A stretch of DNA of 64,000 nt from positions 3,283 to 67,282 of IMG/VR virus record IMGVR_UViG_2907158113_000012. The stretch is one strand, 5' to 3'. Each line of letters starts with the position of its first letter. Within the stretch, counting starts at the first letter, position 1. A program made the translations under genes and the position numbers. Shown piece after piece: positions 55,131 to 64,000 of this stretch. Under the pieces are notes generated by a model. That model did no database searches. It saw only the letters and a program-made list of their open reading frames with translations, and was not told where the DNA came from. The DNA comes from a virus (taxonomy: Duplodnaviria > Caudoviricetes).

Positions 55131-57308
55131 TTGATTAACGCACTACAATCTTACGACCGTTTCCGCAAGCGCATCGGCATCCTACGCGATGCATACGATA
55201 TCACACGAACGCGGCGGATTAACGCAGATTATACGCTGACTTTTACCGTTCCGATGACGTCCGATGATTTCCGCGATAAGTTGCCGCTGAAAGGTCACGT
55301 AATGGACGAGCGCGGTCAATACTACGTAATTAACAAGCGCGAACGATCGCGTGAGGACCGTAAGTTAACCGCACAAATATCATGTTCGCACGTCATGTTT
55401 AAACTCGCGGACTATAAATTTCCGTACGCTTCGTATATAAAGGAAGGCTACGGAATCCAAATCACGCAATTAACAGCGCTCATCTCGGCGGCAACCGGCG
55501 GGCGCTTTTCTATTGCGGTCGATGATACGTTCGATCTCGCGGATGTTAAAGCGTTCGGCGGCGGCAACTGTCTCGAAGCGCTCAACGCGGTTATCGACCT
55601 ATACGGCGCGGAGGTTGAGCCGGATAACTTTACGCTTCATCTGCGCAAAAAGATCGGCAATCCCGCGTCAGACTATCGGATTCAAGTAACGCGCAATTTG
55701 ATCGCGGCGTCCTTTACTGATAGCGCATCGTCATTATGCACGCGGCTTTATGCGGAAATGAAAGATTCGCGGACTTGGATCGGTCAGCCTGCGTCGATAT
55801 TAACCGCGGAGGAACAGGCGCGGCTTAGCGTGATTCCTGGTGCAATTACTGACGGAATCCTCCGCGTCAATTATCTCATATCTCCGTATGCTGACGCGTG
55901 GGCTTCGGATAGTGTGCCGTTTTACGACGATCTATTAACGGAGCAAGACGTAACCGATCCGCTTAAACTCGTAGCTGCCGCGAGATTGCGCTTAGCCGAG
56001 CGCGAAGTGCCGGCGCTTGAGGTGTCCGTTAGCGCTGCGGATTTATTTAAGATCGATAAGCAAGAAGCGCGGCCCGGCCTCGGCGACACCGTTACGCTCG
56101 TAGATCCAGCGCTCGGCTTAACGGGCATCACAGCGCGGATTACGGAAATGACGGAGTATCCGTATGCGCCCGATAAACATACGCAGCTAACCGTTGCTAA
56201 CGTAATGAAACGTGACTATACGCAGATACTCGCGGACTTGGAGGCGGGACGGCGCGCGATTGAGAACGTGTTTAGCGGTGGGCGAATCAGAGCGGAAGTA
56301 TTCGAAGAGTTCGCGCGGTTGGCGGTTAATGAGATTAACGCGAGTAAGACGGAGATTAAATACGATGAGCGCGGTATCGTTCTGCAGTCGAAAACGGACC
56401 CGTCCGATCAAGTCATATTAACGTCAAACGGACTTATCTTAACGACGGATGCCGGAGCGACTGCGCGGACGGCGATAACGGCGACCGGAATAGCAGCGGA
56501 GGTAATCGCGGGACAACTCGGTAGCTTCGTATCGATGGTTATCGGCAGCGGTAATAACGTAGTCAAGATTAATACGAACGGTATCAGCGCAGGTCATGAC
56601 GATTTTAGCTCCGCGCCCTTCCGCTTAGACATGGCGGGTAACTTAATCGCGAATAGTCTGACCGCAAACTCTGCGAATATCCTATCGTCCAACTTTACGA
56701 ATGGCGCAATCGTCGGATCTTCGATTAACGTTGGGAACGGGGTATTCACGGTAGACACCGCCGGTAATATGCGAGCGACGAGCGGTGACTTTAGCGGATT
56801 TATTAGCGCATCCTCCATTACTGGTACGACTATTACGGGCGGTACGATAACGGGTGCTAAGATACAGACGTCTGCCTCCGTTTATCCGCGCGTAGTGATC
56901 GATCCGGCATCCGTAGCATTCAGCGTTTATGCAAGCGCTGATAGCGGAATTCAGATTCCGGCATTTGACGGAGGATTAAGTAAGATCATATTTAATGCAG
57001 GAGGAGGTCGTCAGTCTACGTTATATAACTCGCCGTCATCCGGGCTAACTATAAGCGGAGATCCCGACGTGACGTTGAGCGGAACAAATATCAGATTATC
57101 TACATCGTCGTCCGGACAGGTGATCATCGCAGGTTGGGGGCGGTTGTACAACGGAGCTACTACACTTGCGGAGGAATTAGCAGCAATATGGACTGAGCTA
57201 AATAAAAAGTCTAATATCGGACACGGGCATACGGTTACCTTGCAAAACCATAATCATGGAAGTGCGACTCTTACTCCATCTGGTGGTGGAACCTTCCCAG
57301 TCTCCTAA
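55131..57308 (+). CDS. Tail hub/spike (Tal, endopeptidase-family) protein
   Basis: R.INADYTL.F, TRLYA, LGDTV..D, followed by beta-repeat spike. Confidence 0.8.
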   Translation: MINALQSYDRFRKRIGILRDAYDITRTRRINADYTLTFTVPMTSDDFRDKLPLKGHVMDERGQYYVINKRERSREDRKLTAQISCSHVMFKLADYKFPYASYIKEGYGIQITQLTALISAATGGRFSIAVDDTFDLADVKAFGGGNCLEALNAVIDLYGAEVEPDNFTLHLRKKIGNPASDYRIQVTRNLIAASFTDSASSLCTRLYAEMKDSRTWIGQPASILTAEEQARLSVIPGAITDGILRVNYLISPYADAWASDSVPFYDDLLTEQDVTDPLKLVAAARLRLAEREVPALEVSVSAADLFKIDKQEARPGLGDTVTLVDPALGLTGITARITEMTEYPYAPDKHTQLTVANVMKRDYTQILADLEAGRRAIENVFSGGRIRAEVFEEFARLAVNEINASKTEIKYDERGIVLQSKTDPSDQVILTSNGLILTTDAGATARTAITATGIAAEVIAGQLGSFVSMVIGSGNNVVKINTNGISAGHDDFSSAPFRLDMAGNLIANSLTANSANILSSNFTNGAIVGSSINVGNGVFTVDTAGNMRATSGDFSGFISASSITGTTITGGTITGAKIQTSASVYPRVVIDPASVAFSVYASADSGIQIPAFDGGLSKIIFNAGGGRQSTLYNSPSSGLTISGDPDVTLSGTNIRLSTSSSGQVIIAGWGRLYNGATTLAEELAAIWTELNKKSNIGHGHTVTLQNHNHGSATLTPSGGGTFPVS

Positions 57309-57351
57309 CGTAATGGTACTATTAGGTAAATACTATTACGGAGGTCATCAT

Positions 57352-57858
57352 ATGAAAAAGTTTATTTCCGGTATAATCGTCGGAGCGCCTTTATTTTCAG
57401 GTGCTTCGGTTTTCGCGGGTTCCGCTAGTTTAATAGGACAGAAAGTACAAGGTATCTTTGTAATAGAAAAAGGCGGATCGAAATTAGCGGAGGCTGTAGT
57501 TATTAACGGCACGGCATACGCGCCTATACGTGCAGTTTCAGAAGCTACCGGAACTAAGCTATCCGTGGAGGGGAAGAAAATAATAATGGACGAAACGACT
57601 ACTGCGTCATCTGGCAATAGCATTACGGAGCGTGATCGTATAGTATCAGAAATCGCGCGCTATGATAAACAGATCGCTGGATATAAAGCGGATATCCTGC
57701 CGACGTATAAATTGCAGGCGGAAGAACTCGCCAATAACGGTGATCTCGGAAAAAGAGCCGCTGAGACGTACGCTGACTTTAAGGCGCAAGTTGACGCTTG
57801 GGAAAAGGAACGCGCGGCGCTACAGGCTCAACTCGCTGAGATCGACGGTAATAAATAA
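57352..57858 (+). CDS. Secreted hypothetical protein
   Basis: Signal peptide MKKFISGIIVG..VFA; NGTAYAPIRAVSEA; coiled coil. Confidence 0.7.
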   Translation: MKKFISGIIVGAPLFSGASVFAGSASLIGQKVQGIFVIEKGGSKLAEAVVINGTAYAPIRAVSEATGTKLSVEGKKIIMDETTTASSGNSITERDRIVSEIARYDKQIAGYKADILPTYKLQAEELANNGDLGKRAAETYADFKAQVDAWEKERAALQAQLAEIDGNK

Positions 57859-57872
57859 ACGAATATATCACG

Positions 57873-57904
57873 AAGAGTCTCGCATCCATTGCGGGGCTCT
57901 TTTT
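57873..57904 (+). terminator. Intrinsic terminator
   Basis: AAGAGTCTCGCA..TGCGGGGCTCTT plus T-run. Confidence 0.7.
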
Positions 57905-57922
57905 ACGTAGAGGAGACGTTAT

Positions 57923-58117
57923 ATGAAAGTACGCGCATTACTCGAATGTACGATAGATACCGCTAATCCCGCGCCAGAACTCGCCGCAACTATCAGCGCA
58001 GTCCTGGCCGCACTACCTAACGCTGAATCCCGCCTATCTGTACTCCAAACGCTCGACGACGAGATCGGCCGCGCGCTAGCGGATTATCTCGCGCCTGAAA
58101 CGGAGGCGACCGCTTAA
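57923..58117 (+). CDS. Hypothetical protein
   Basis: RBS GAGGAG. Confidence 0.55.
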   Translation: MKVRALLECTIDTANPAPELAATISAVLAALPNAESRLSVLQTLDDEIGRALADYLAPETEATA

Positions 58118-58431
58118 TGGACGGAACACTTTGGGCGGAGGTCGCCAAGAACGGAATATTTGCGGTAGCAGCCGCAGTCATCGCGTGGACACTATGGAAA
58201 GAGATGCGCCGAATGTCCGACGAAGCTCGCGCGCGTGAAGAACGCATAAGCACGGAAGCCAAGACGGAACGCGAACGGATGCACAGCGAAGCTATCGCGC
58301 GTGAAGACCGCTTGATGAAGCTGGCGGAAGGACTGACGGATCGATTCGAAGCGCTGGCCGGTCAATACGAAGGGCTGGCGCAAGACGTTCATGAAATTAA
58401 ATCGAGTATTAACGGAAAGGATGTTGCGTAA
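58117..58431 (+). CDS. Holin-like (BhlA/UviB-like) protein
   Basis: NGIFAV N-terminal TM, REERI/REDRL coiled coil; before endolysin. Confidence 0.65.
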   Translation: MDGTLWAEVAKNGIFAVAAAVIAWTLWKEMRRMSDEARAREERISTEAKTERERMHSEAIAREDRLMKLAEGLTDRFEALAGQYEGLAQDVHEIKSSINGKDVA

Positions 58432-58433
58432 TA

Positions 58434-59207
58434 ATGACGCTCACAATCGAACAGGTACGTGCGAAGTCCGCCGCTAAGTTGGTCGGGCTTATTCCGTGTG
58501 TCAAAGCGGCAGCCGAAGCGCTTATCGATCGGTCATTTGCGCTAGGTATTCCGATCGTCGTTACGCAAGGGCTCCGTACATTTGCGGAGCAGAACGCACT
58601 ATACGAACAGGGCCGCACGAAGCCGGGAAGTATCGTAACGAATGCGCGCGGAGGGTATTCGAATCATAACTTCGGCGTAGCGATTGATTTCGCGTTACTT
58701 ACGAATGACGGGCGCGCAGTATCGTGGGATACGAAGCTCGACGGTAATCGGAACGGTAAAGCGGATTGGAACGAAGTAGTTACGTTAGCAAAGGCGCTCG
58801 GCTTTACGTGGGGTGGCGATTGGAAGACGTTCCTTGACCTGCCGCATTTCGAAATGACATTCGGATTAACCACGGCGCAATATCGCGCTGGAAAATGTCC
58901 GACACAGGCGCAGATAAATGCGGTACTAATATTAATCGAAGGGGATGACGCAATGATTGCGGAGCAGATTAGCGCGTTACAGAAAACGGTAGAGGAACAG
59001 GCTGCGGTTGTTCAGGCGCAAGCTAAACGGATTGAATCGCTCGAAGGCAGGGCGAAGTTGGGCGCAATTCCGGTATGGGCAACACAGGCGTGCGTCAACG
59101 CGAAGGCTGCGGGCTTTATCGATACGTCTGCAGACGGAAGCTACGACTTTTACCGAATGGTGACGCTATTAGATCGCGCAGGGTTATTCGCAAAGGAGGC
59201 GAAATAA
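58434..59207 (+). CDS. Endolysin, M15 L-Ala-D-Glu peptidase family
   Basis: GLRT..EQ..LY.QGR, SNHNFG.A.D, WGGDW..D.PHFE. Confidence 0.9.
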   Translation: MTLTIEQVRAKSAAKLVGLIPCVKAAAEALIDRSFALGIPIVVTQGLRTFAEQNALYEQGRTKPGSIVTNARGGYSNHNFGVAIDFALLTNDGRAVSWDTKLDGNRNGKADWNEVVTLAKALGFTWGGDWKTFLDLPHFEMTFGLTTAQYRAGKCPTQAQINAVLILIEGDDAMIAEQISALQKTVEEQAAVVQAQAKRIESLEGRAKLGAIPVWATQACVNAKAAGFIDTSADGSYDFYRMVTLLDRAGLFAKEAK

Positions 59208-59211
59208 TACG

Positions 59212-59421
59212 ATGAGCAAAAACGATATCTTACGTAAATTATCCTCGCGGAAGTTTTGGGCGTTGTTGGCTGCGTTAGCTACTTCGGTACTTACGGCTTC
59301 GGGCGCGGGCGATAATACGGTGCTGCACGTGACTGGCGTCATTGGCGCGGTTGGTGCGTGTGTTGCGTATATGCTGGCGGAAGGTATTTCTGACGCAGCG
59401 AACAAAGATAAGACGGAATAG
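59212..59421 (+). CDS. Holin
   Basis: KLSSRKFW..two TMs..YMLAEG..D. Confidence 0.75.
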   Translation: MSKNDILRKLSSRKFWALLAALATSVLTASGAGDNTVLHVTGVIGAVGACVAYMLAEGISDAANKDKTE

Positions 59422-59495
59422 GCTACGCATATTTACAAAATGCGGAAACTCTCCGATAATGAAGTATAACGGAAATTAACGGAGGTCGATCGAAT

Positions 59496-59699
59496 ATGTT
59501 CTTAGGCGTAATCGTATTCGGAGTTGTAGTCGGGATAATCATCGCGGTAGTAATCGCAATTAAACAGACCGCAGCTGCGGAGAAAGTCGATTGCCCTACG
59601 TGCGGACGTACGACTCTGTTACCGGGCGGAAGCGCAAAATGTCCGAAGTGTAAAACGCTGATTGTGCGGACATCGAGTGGCCAACTAATAACGAAGTAA
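59496..59699 (+). CDS. Membrane-anchored zinc-ribbon protein
   Basis: N-terminal TM; CPTCG..CPKC. Confidence 0.65.
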   Translation: MFLGVIVFGVVVGIIIAVVIAIKQTAAAEKVDCPTCGRTTLLPGGSAKCPKCKTLIVRTSSGQLITK

Positions 59700-59710
59700 T
59701 AACGTAGTAT

Positions 59711-59760
59711 AAGGCGCAGTCTTTGCGGAGTAATATCCGTAGGGGCTGCGCCTTTTTTTT
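59711..59760 (+). terminator. Strong intrinsic terminator
   Basis: AAGGCGCAGTC..GGCTGCGCCTT plus T-run. Confidence 0.8.
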
Positions 59761-59784
59761 CGTTTATTTTCGCGAGTTCGTCCG

Positions 59785-59814
59785 GCATAACGTACAAGCG
59801 CGCCGTCATACGCT
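59785..59814 (+). promoter_or_regulatory. Sporulation sigma (sigmaE-like) promoter candidate
   Basis: GCATA-N17-CATACGCT; B. subtilis sigmaE consensus is ATA-N16-18-CATAcanT. Confidence 0.45.
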
Positions 59815-59907
59815 AGGGGTAAAGCGGTCGCCTACGCGATCCGCGCTTTGGGAGCGAGGGTGGATACCTGCGCTCCTTTTCGTTGTCTACCGCCTGTCTA
59901 CCCGTAA

Positions 59908-59929
59908 AAATGTCGTAAAATTTGACGAC
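59908..59929. repeat. Second copy of 22-bp palindrome
   Basis: Identical to 8731..8752. Confidence 0.85.
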
Positions 59930-59988
59930 ATATAGACCGAGCTACTCCGCATAACATCAAACATACGTAAAACGTAGGAGGCGGTAAT

Positions 59989-60312
59989 GTGGCAGCGTTA
60001 GTAAACAAAGCGTTATTGAAACGTATGGCTGGTGAGGTATCCGTTGGAATACTTGCTGAGATGATCGCTGATTTTGCGCAAGGTATTACGGATGCGGACG
60101 ATGTTGACGACGGTGTGCTCGAAGTAGTTAGCGCGATTGAAACGTTGACGGCGGAGACTAAGAGCCGTAGTGGTGCGCCGAAAGTTGATCGGTCGAAGCG
60201 TAAGAAGACAGCTGCAGTAGTAGCGGAGCCTACGGAATCAAAGTCCGCCGACGGTCCGAATACTCAACCGGTAACTATGCGCCCAATAGGAAACGGTAGT
60301 CATCGTGAGTAA
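59989..60312 (+). CDS. Hypothetical protein
   Basis: RBS AGGAGG, GTG start. Confidence 0.65.
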   Translation: MAALVNKALLKRMAGEVSVGILAEMIADFAQGITDADDVDDGVLEVVSAIETLTAETKSRSGAPKVDRSKRKKTAAVVAEPTESKSADGPNTQPVTMRPIGNGSHRE

Positions 60313-60493
60313 GTACGTACGTAAGGGCGTGAATTTCAACGTCGACAACGAGCACCAACGCAAGATACTCGAATGGGCAGCGCGAAAGGGTCGCGATAAC
60401 TTTAGCGGATTTGTAAAGACGATATTGTACGCGGCGATGACCGCTGAATTAAAACAGAAGCGTGATCGCTCCGACAGCACCGCCGACGATTAA
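60305..60493 (+). CDS. Small ribbon-helix-helix-like DNA-binding protein
   Basis: KGVNFN strand then helices ..NFSGFVK.IL. Confidence 0.55.
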   Translation: MSKYVRKGVNFNVDNEHQRKILEWAARKGRDNFSGFVKTILYAAMTAELKQKRDRSDSTADD

Positions 60494-60574
60494 TCCGATA
60501 ACAAACGCCATGAATAACAACTCCTTTGCGTTAAATTTACGCCTAGTATATCCAACCCGAAAGGAATGATACGT

Positions 60575-60934
60575 ATGACTAAAACCGTTGCGCTCGAATG
60601 GGGCGCATTCCAGTCCGGTATTATATCGCCGAAAGTTCGCGCACCTCACGTGCCGACTCCGTTAACAAAAACGGCCGCCACCGTTCACCTCGCGTTGATT
60701 CCTAAAACCGTATTCGCATCGTCAGTCGCGGCCGGTTCCGCAACGTGGGTAACGGTTTTTTCAACGGTACTCGGTATCGCCGATTGGCTCTGCGTCGGCA
60801 TCATCGTATACGCGGGCATTACGTGGATGTTCGGTAATCGAACGAAGGCGATCGAATTCCTAATGGGCGGAAGCATCGGTTACATTATCGTGCGCCATGC
60901 GGTCGATATCCGTAATTGGCTGCGGATGTTATAG
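60575..60934 (+). CDS. TrbC/VirB2 pilin-like membrane protein
   Basis: Leader ending VFA, then two hydrophobic helices separated by GNRTKA. Confidence 0.55.
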   Translation: MTKTVALEWGAFQSGIISPKVRAPHVPTPLTKTAATVHLALIPKTVFASSVAAGSATWVTVFSTVLGIADWLCVGIIVYAGITWMFGNRTKAIEFLMGGSIGYIIVRHAVDIRNWLRML

Positions 60935-60946
60935 GAGGTGGGCGCG

Positions 60947-61228
60947 ATGATAATACGTATAAATGGCGCAGCACTACCGGACATTGGCGGCGGCGCTATC
61001 GATAATATAACGGAGACGATAACCGGAATAATGTCGCGCGCATTGGGAGAGACAGTGCACGGTATTTTCGCGGCGCTTAACGCATACTCTCCGGAAATCA
61101 TTACGTTCGGCATTATCGTATGTGCGCTCGGAATGATGGTCGCGCCAATCGTCGGCAACAACGGTAAGTGGCTGGGGCGCATGTTTATAACGTTTTGGGT
61201 CGGCGTAATCTGGCGTGTATTAACGTGA
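60947..61228 (+). CDS. Small membrane protein
   Basis: RBS AGGAGGTG; two TMs. Confidence 0.65.
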   Translation: MIIRINGAALPDIGGGAIDNITETITGIMSRALGETVHGIFAALNAYSPEIITFGIIVCALGMMVAPIVGNNGKWLGRMFITFWVGVIWRVLT

Positions 61229-63657
61229 GCGCGTACGTCGTATATAAAATCATCCCGCATGTATCCGCACTAAACTCCGCCTCCCGTAACTTCCAACGCT
61301 CACTCTACGAGCTATTCTCCGCGCGCACTAAACCCCGCCGCGAAGGTTACCGAATTGTCACGAAGTCGGCTCCGGACTTTTGGTGGATTACGCAAATGGC
61401 TGCCGATTCAATTACGTTCTACTGCGCTATGCCCGCCGAGTTTGCCGAATCATTCCGTGTTAAATTCCGTAACCACGAACAATGGCGGAAGGCAACGTTA
61501 GAACTGGCGGACGACTTCATGTTTCCGGACGCTGACGATACGGATATGTACGCGCTCAAATACCGCCGACACGATATGTTTTCGTTGGACTTCCGCTATA
61601 ACGAGCAGACGACGCCAATACGCGAATTACTCGGCGTAACGAACGAATTAAACGCAGGTGAAGCGGTCAGCGTATTTATCCGCACGGAAACGGTATCTCG
61701 CGCTAAATGGAAGAAACTCGCGGACTATGCGTGGGAAACGTGGGAAGGTGGAGGGCTCGCGTACCGACCCGGATTTGATCCGATGCGGCTCATGCGTACA
61801 ATAGCGATGGGTGCGGCGCATATCTTTTACGAAGTCAAAACGCTACTAGAAGACGTAATGGCCGGCGTGGAGAAATCGCTATATCATGGCGCAGGTCCAG
61901 CGGTTAAGTCCGAACGGAGGTCGTTACCTAATCCGGATCGCGCGGAGCTACTCGTTAACGGTGATTTGTCTACGCAGACAAAAAATAAGCGTAATTTACC
62001 CGTATTTAAAACGTCGATTCGCTGCGCAGTAACGTCCGCCGATCCAATTAAGCGCGAGATGTTGGCGCGATCAGTAGCGAGTGCATACGGTGGTCTCTCG
62101 GGCGATAATCGGCTTGAATGCGTAAAGGTTAACGTAAGAGCACGCGCGGATTTGAGCGAATGGAAAGTGCGCGAAATCGCTCCGAATATAATGAGCGTAG
62201 ATGAGCTCGGTAAATTAACGCAGCTACCGACCGCGGACTTACAAGCGGAGTTTAGCGAAGTCCTGGCGTCGAATCGGCGCGTTGAGATCGAGTTGCCGCG
62301 CACATTCTTAGATGATAGCGGAATACTCGCGGGCACGGCTACGGATCGCGGCGTAGAGTATAATATACACATCCCGACTAACAACGCAGATAAACTGTAT
62401 ATGCCGCGCGCTGTTAACGGATCGCCGCGTATGGGCAAGGATCAGCACGTCGTCAATCTCGTAGTCGAAGCGAAGAGGAACCACGGAATCGGCGCAGTTA
62501 TACCGGATTTCATCGACGAGCACAATCGGGACAGCGCCGGCAATCAACGCGGCATGGCGGACGCAATCCGTGACCACTTAGCGCCAGAAGACGTTATCGA
62601 CATTAACTTAGCGGATACAGCTTACGCGCCATATCTCGGACTGCAGACCGTGCTCCACAACGTTAGCGATAAGCGGATTGCCGCCGATGCGATAGCGGAG
62701 TATCTGACGGATTTCTTACTATCGGATGGCGACGAGGATAAGTTCCAAACGTCGGAATTTACGCGTGATGCGGCGAAAGTGTGTAACGGGGATTTAACGG
62801 ATATGAAGGCGATGTTTACTTCGTCGGCCTTCCGTAAGCAGAAGATAGCGGAGTTAGACGATGTATTCGATATGGATACGTGGCGCGATTACGATAAGAT
62901 GAGCGAGGGCAAGCAGGGGCAAATATACGGACCGGTCCTGCGGCGGATAACGCAGATTACGAGTAGCGAGTTTTTGAAGCCGATGTTTTGTCAGACGTAT
63001 AATCCCGCGATGGATTTATACCGATGGGTTGCGGAGGGTAAAGTCGTGATTATCCGCTGTGTGATGCCGGAGGGCGTGCCGATGCCGGAGCGCGTTAAGG
63101 AGATGCTCGGATACTGGATCGTAATGCTGACGCTTCTTATTAAACTCGCGCAGGCGGGTAAGGGCGCGGGTACGCTTTTAATACTCAACGAGCCTCACCA
63201 GTTTATGTCGCGCGGACTCGTTCACTTTACTAAACGGATGCTACGCGAAGGTCCGAAGTATAAACTCGCGCCGATCATCGCGTTCCATGATTTCAGCGCA
63301 TTCCATCCGTATCCTGGCTTCGTTGATACGTTGCTCGCCGCGTCTGTTAACTGGCATCTATTCCGGAATACTCACGTTGATACGTATAAGCGCTTGATGC
63401 CGTATCTCTCGAAAACGTTCGACGATCCGCAGCAAGCGTTCGAGGCTACGCGCCAGTATCAATTTATCGCGTGTTGGCTACGTGAAGGGGAATACGAAGC
63501 GCCATTCGTAGCGGATGCGCTGGATCCCGTCGGCAAGCGCTATGCGTCCATAGATAACGCAGCTCTCACGGCGGAACACTCGCGGAAATACGGTCGCCCG
63601 ATTGCGGAAGTGTTGGCGGAGATTAAGGCGCGGGAACGGAGTTATCGAAAAGCGTAA
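61225..63657 (+). CDS. VirB4/VirD4/HerA-FtsK superfamily ATPase
   Basis: Walker A-like GSPRMGKD, Walker B-like LILNEPHQF, REGPKY; GTGA overlap. Confidence 0.7.
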   Translation: MSAYVVYKIIPHVSALNSASRNFQRSLYELFSARTKPRREGYRIVTKSAPDFWWITQMAADSITFYCAMPAEFAESFRVKFRNHEQWRKATLELADDFMFPDADDTDMYALKYRRHDMFSLDFRYNEQTTPIRELLGVTNELNAGEAVSVFIRTETVSRAKWKKLADYAWETWEGGGLAYRPGFDPMRLMRTIAMGAAHIFYEVKTLLEDVMAGVEKSLYHGAGPAVKSERRSLPNPDRAELLVNGDLSTQTKNKRNLPVFKTSIRCAVTSADPIKREMLARSVASAYGGLSGDNRLECVKVNVRARADLSEWKVREIAPNIMSVDELGKLTQLPTADLQAEFSEVLASNRRVEIELPRTFLDDSGILAGTATDRGVEYNIHIPTNNADKLYMPRAVNGSPRMGKDQHVVNLVVEAKRNHGIGAVIPDFIDEHNRDSAGNQRGMADAIRDHLAPEDVIDINLADTAYAPYLGLQTVLHNVSDKRIAADAIAEYLTDFLLSDGDEDKFQTSEFTRDAAKVCNGDLTDMKAMFTSSAFRKQKIAELDDVFDMDTWRDYDKMSEGKQGQIYGPVLRRITQITSSEFLKPMFCQTYNPAMDLYRWVAEGKVVIIRCVMPEGVPMPERVKEMLGYWIVMLTLLIKLAQAGKGAGTLLILNEPHQFMSRGLVHFTKRMLREGPKYKLAPIIAFHDFSAFHPYPGFVDTLLAASVNWHLFRNTHVDTYKRLMPYLSKTFDDPQQAFEATRQYQFIACWLREGEYEAPFVADALDPVGKRYASIDNAALTAEHSRKYGRPIAEVLAEIKARERSYRKA

Positions 63658-64000
63658 GATACGCGCGCATAACGTCCATGCCGCCGTTTATATCGACCGT
63701 GACTTCTCCGCTGTGACCGCGACAGAGATAGTGCGCTATAACATTTGCGCCAACACGCTCGGTGGAAACTACGCGTAAACCGCGCCGATAGATATCGCGT
63801 TTAGCTACGTCGAGATCCGCAGTCGCGCGAGCAATGGCGGTATCAATTACGTCGGTATACGGGGACGGCGTCTTTAAGAGACCGGGCTCCATAAATACGA
63901 GGCGATCCCGTTTAAGCGCGGCGATAACTAATGGAAGAGTGACCGCCGGTGCGATGAGAGCGAGGTCATCCGAAGAAGGTGGCGCGGGTAGATTTTTCAT
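63623..64000 (-). CDS. Hypothetical protein (start at window edge)
   Basis: 125-aa ORF converging on ATPase; upstream context missing. Confidence 0.55.
   Translation of the reverse strand: MKNLPAPPSSDDLALIAPAVTLPLVIAALKRDRLVFMEPGLLKTPSPYTDVIDTAIARATADLDVAKRDIYRRGLRVVSTERVGANVIAHYLCRGHSGEVTVDINGGMDVMRAYLTLFDNSVPAP

Larger units (their letters stand above)
1..64000 (+). mobile_element. Siphovirus-type phage/prophage genome segment (ends not in window)
   Basis: Contiguous replication, packaging, head, tail (1260-aa tape measure, no sheath) and lysis modules; no host housekeeping genes or integrase seen. Confidence 0.95.

Noticed and set aside
50965-57308. Diversity-generating retroelement acting on tail fibres
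   Set aside because: No reverse transcriptase and no TR/VR pair seen
1-64000. tRNA genes, IS elements, integrase/att sites
   Set aside because: No cloverleaf, transposase or recombinase motifs recognised by eye; tRNAscan and HMM searches would be needed to exclude them

Overview
The whole window is part of a long-tailed (siphovirus-type) Bacillota phage or prophage, probably from a Paenibacillus-like host (inferred from gene content and roughly 50% GC). Almost all genes are on the + strand. The order is: SigF/G-like sigma factor and small early genes; replication and recombination genes (DnaC-like loader, DnaB, primase, SSB, family A polymerase, short beta-clamp, PD-(D/E)XK exonuclease, RuvC); nucleotide and methylation genes; a Rep-like gene with direct repeats; terminase, portal and head; tail (with the -1 frameshifted chaperone); lysis; and a pilin-like/VirB4-VirD4-like ATPase module. 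I saw no integrase, tRNA or CRISPR array. Main observations: (1) several core genes (polymerase, exonuclease, RuvC, TerL, portal and others) appear to start at AUA/AUC/AUU codons behind strong RBSs; (2) an AT-rich cassette block is joined to the tail-fibre gene at a repeated CAGTTGGCGGA-like ('QLA(D/E)') junction and contains a relic of another receptor-binding head plus an O-antigen-ligase-like moron; (3) the pilin/ATPase module sits behind a sigmaE-like promoter and a 22-bp palindrome found identically 51 kb away; (4) there are four or five free-standing endonucleases of different families and several structured intergenic leaders. All calls come from reading the sequence by eye; no searches were run.
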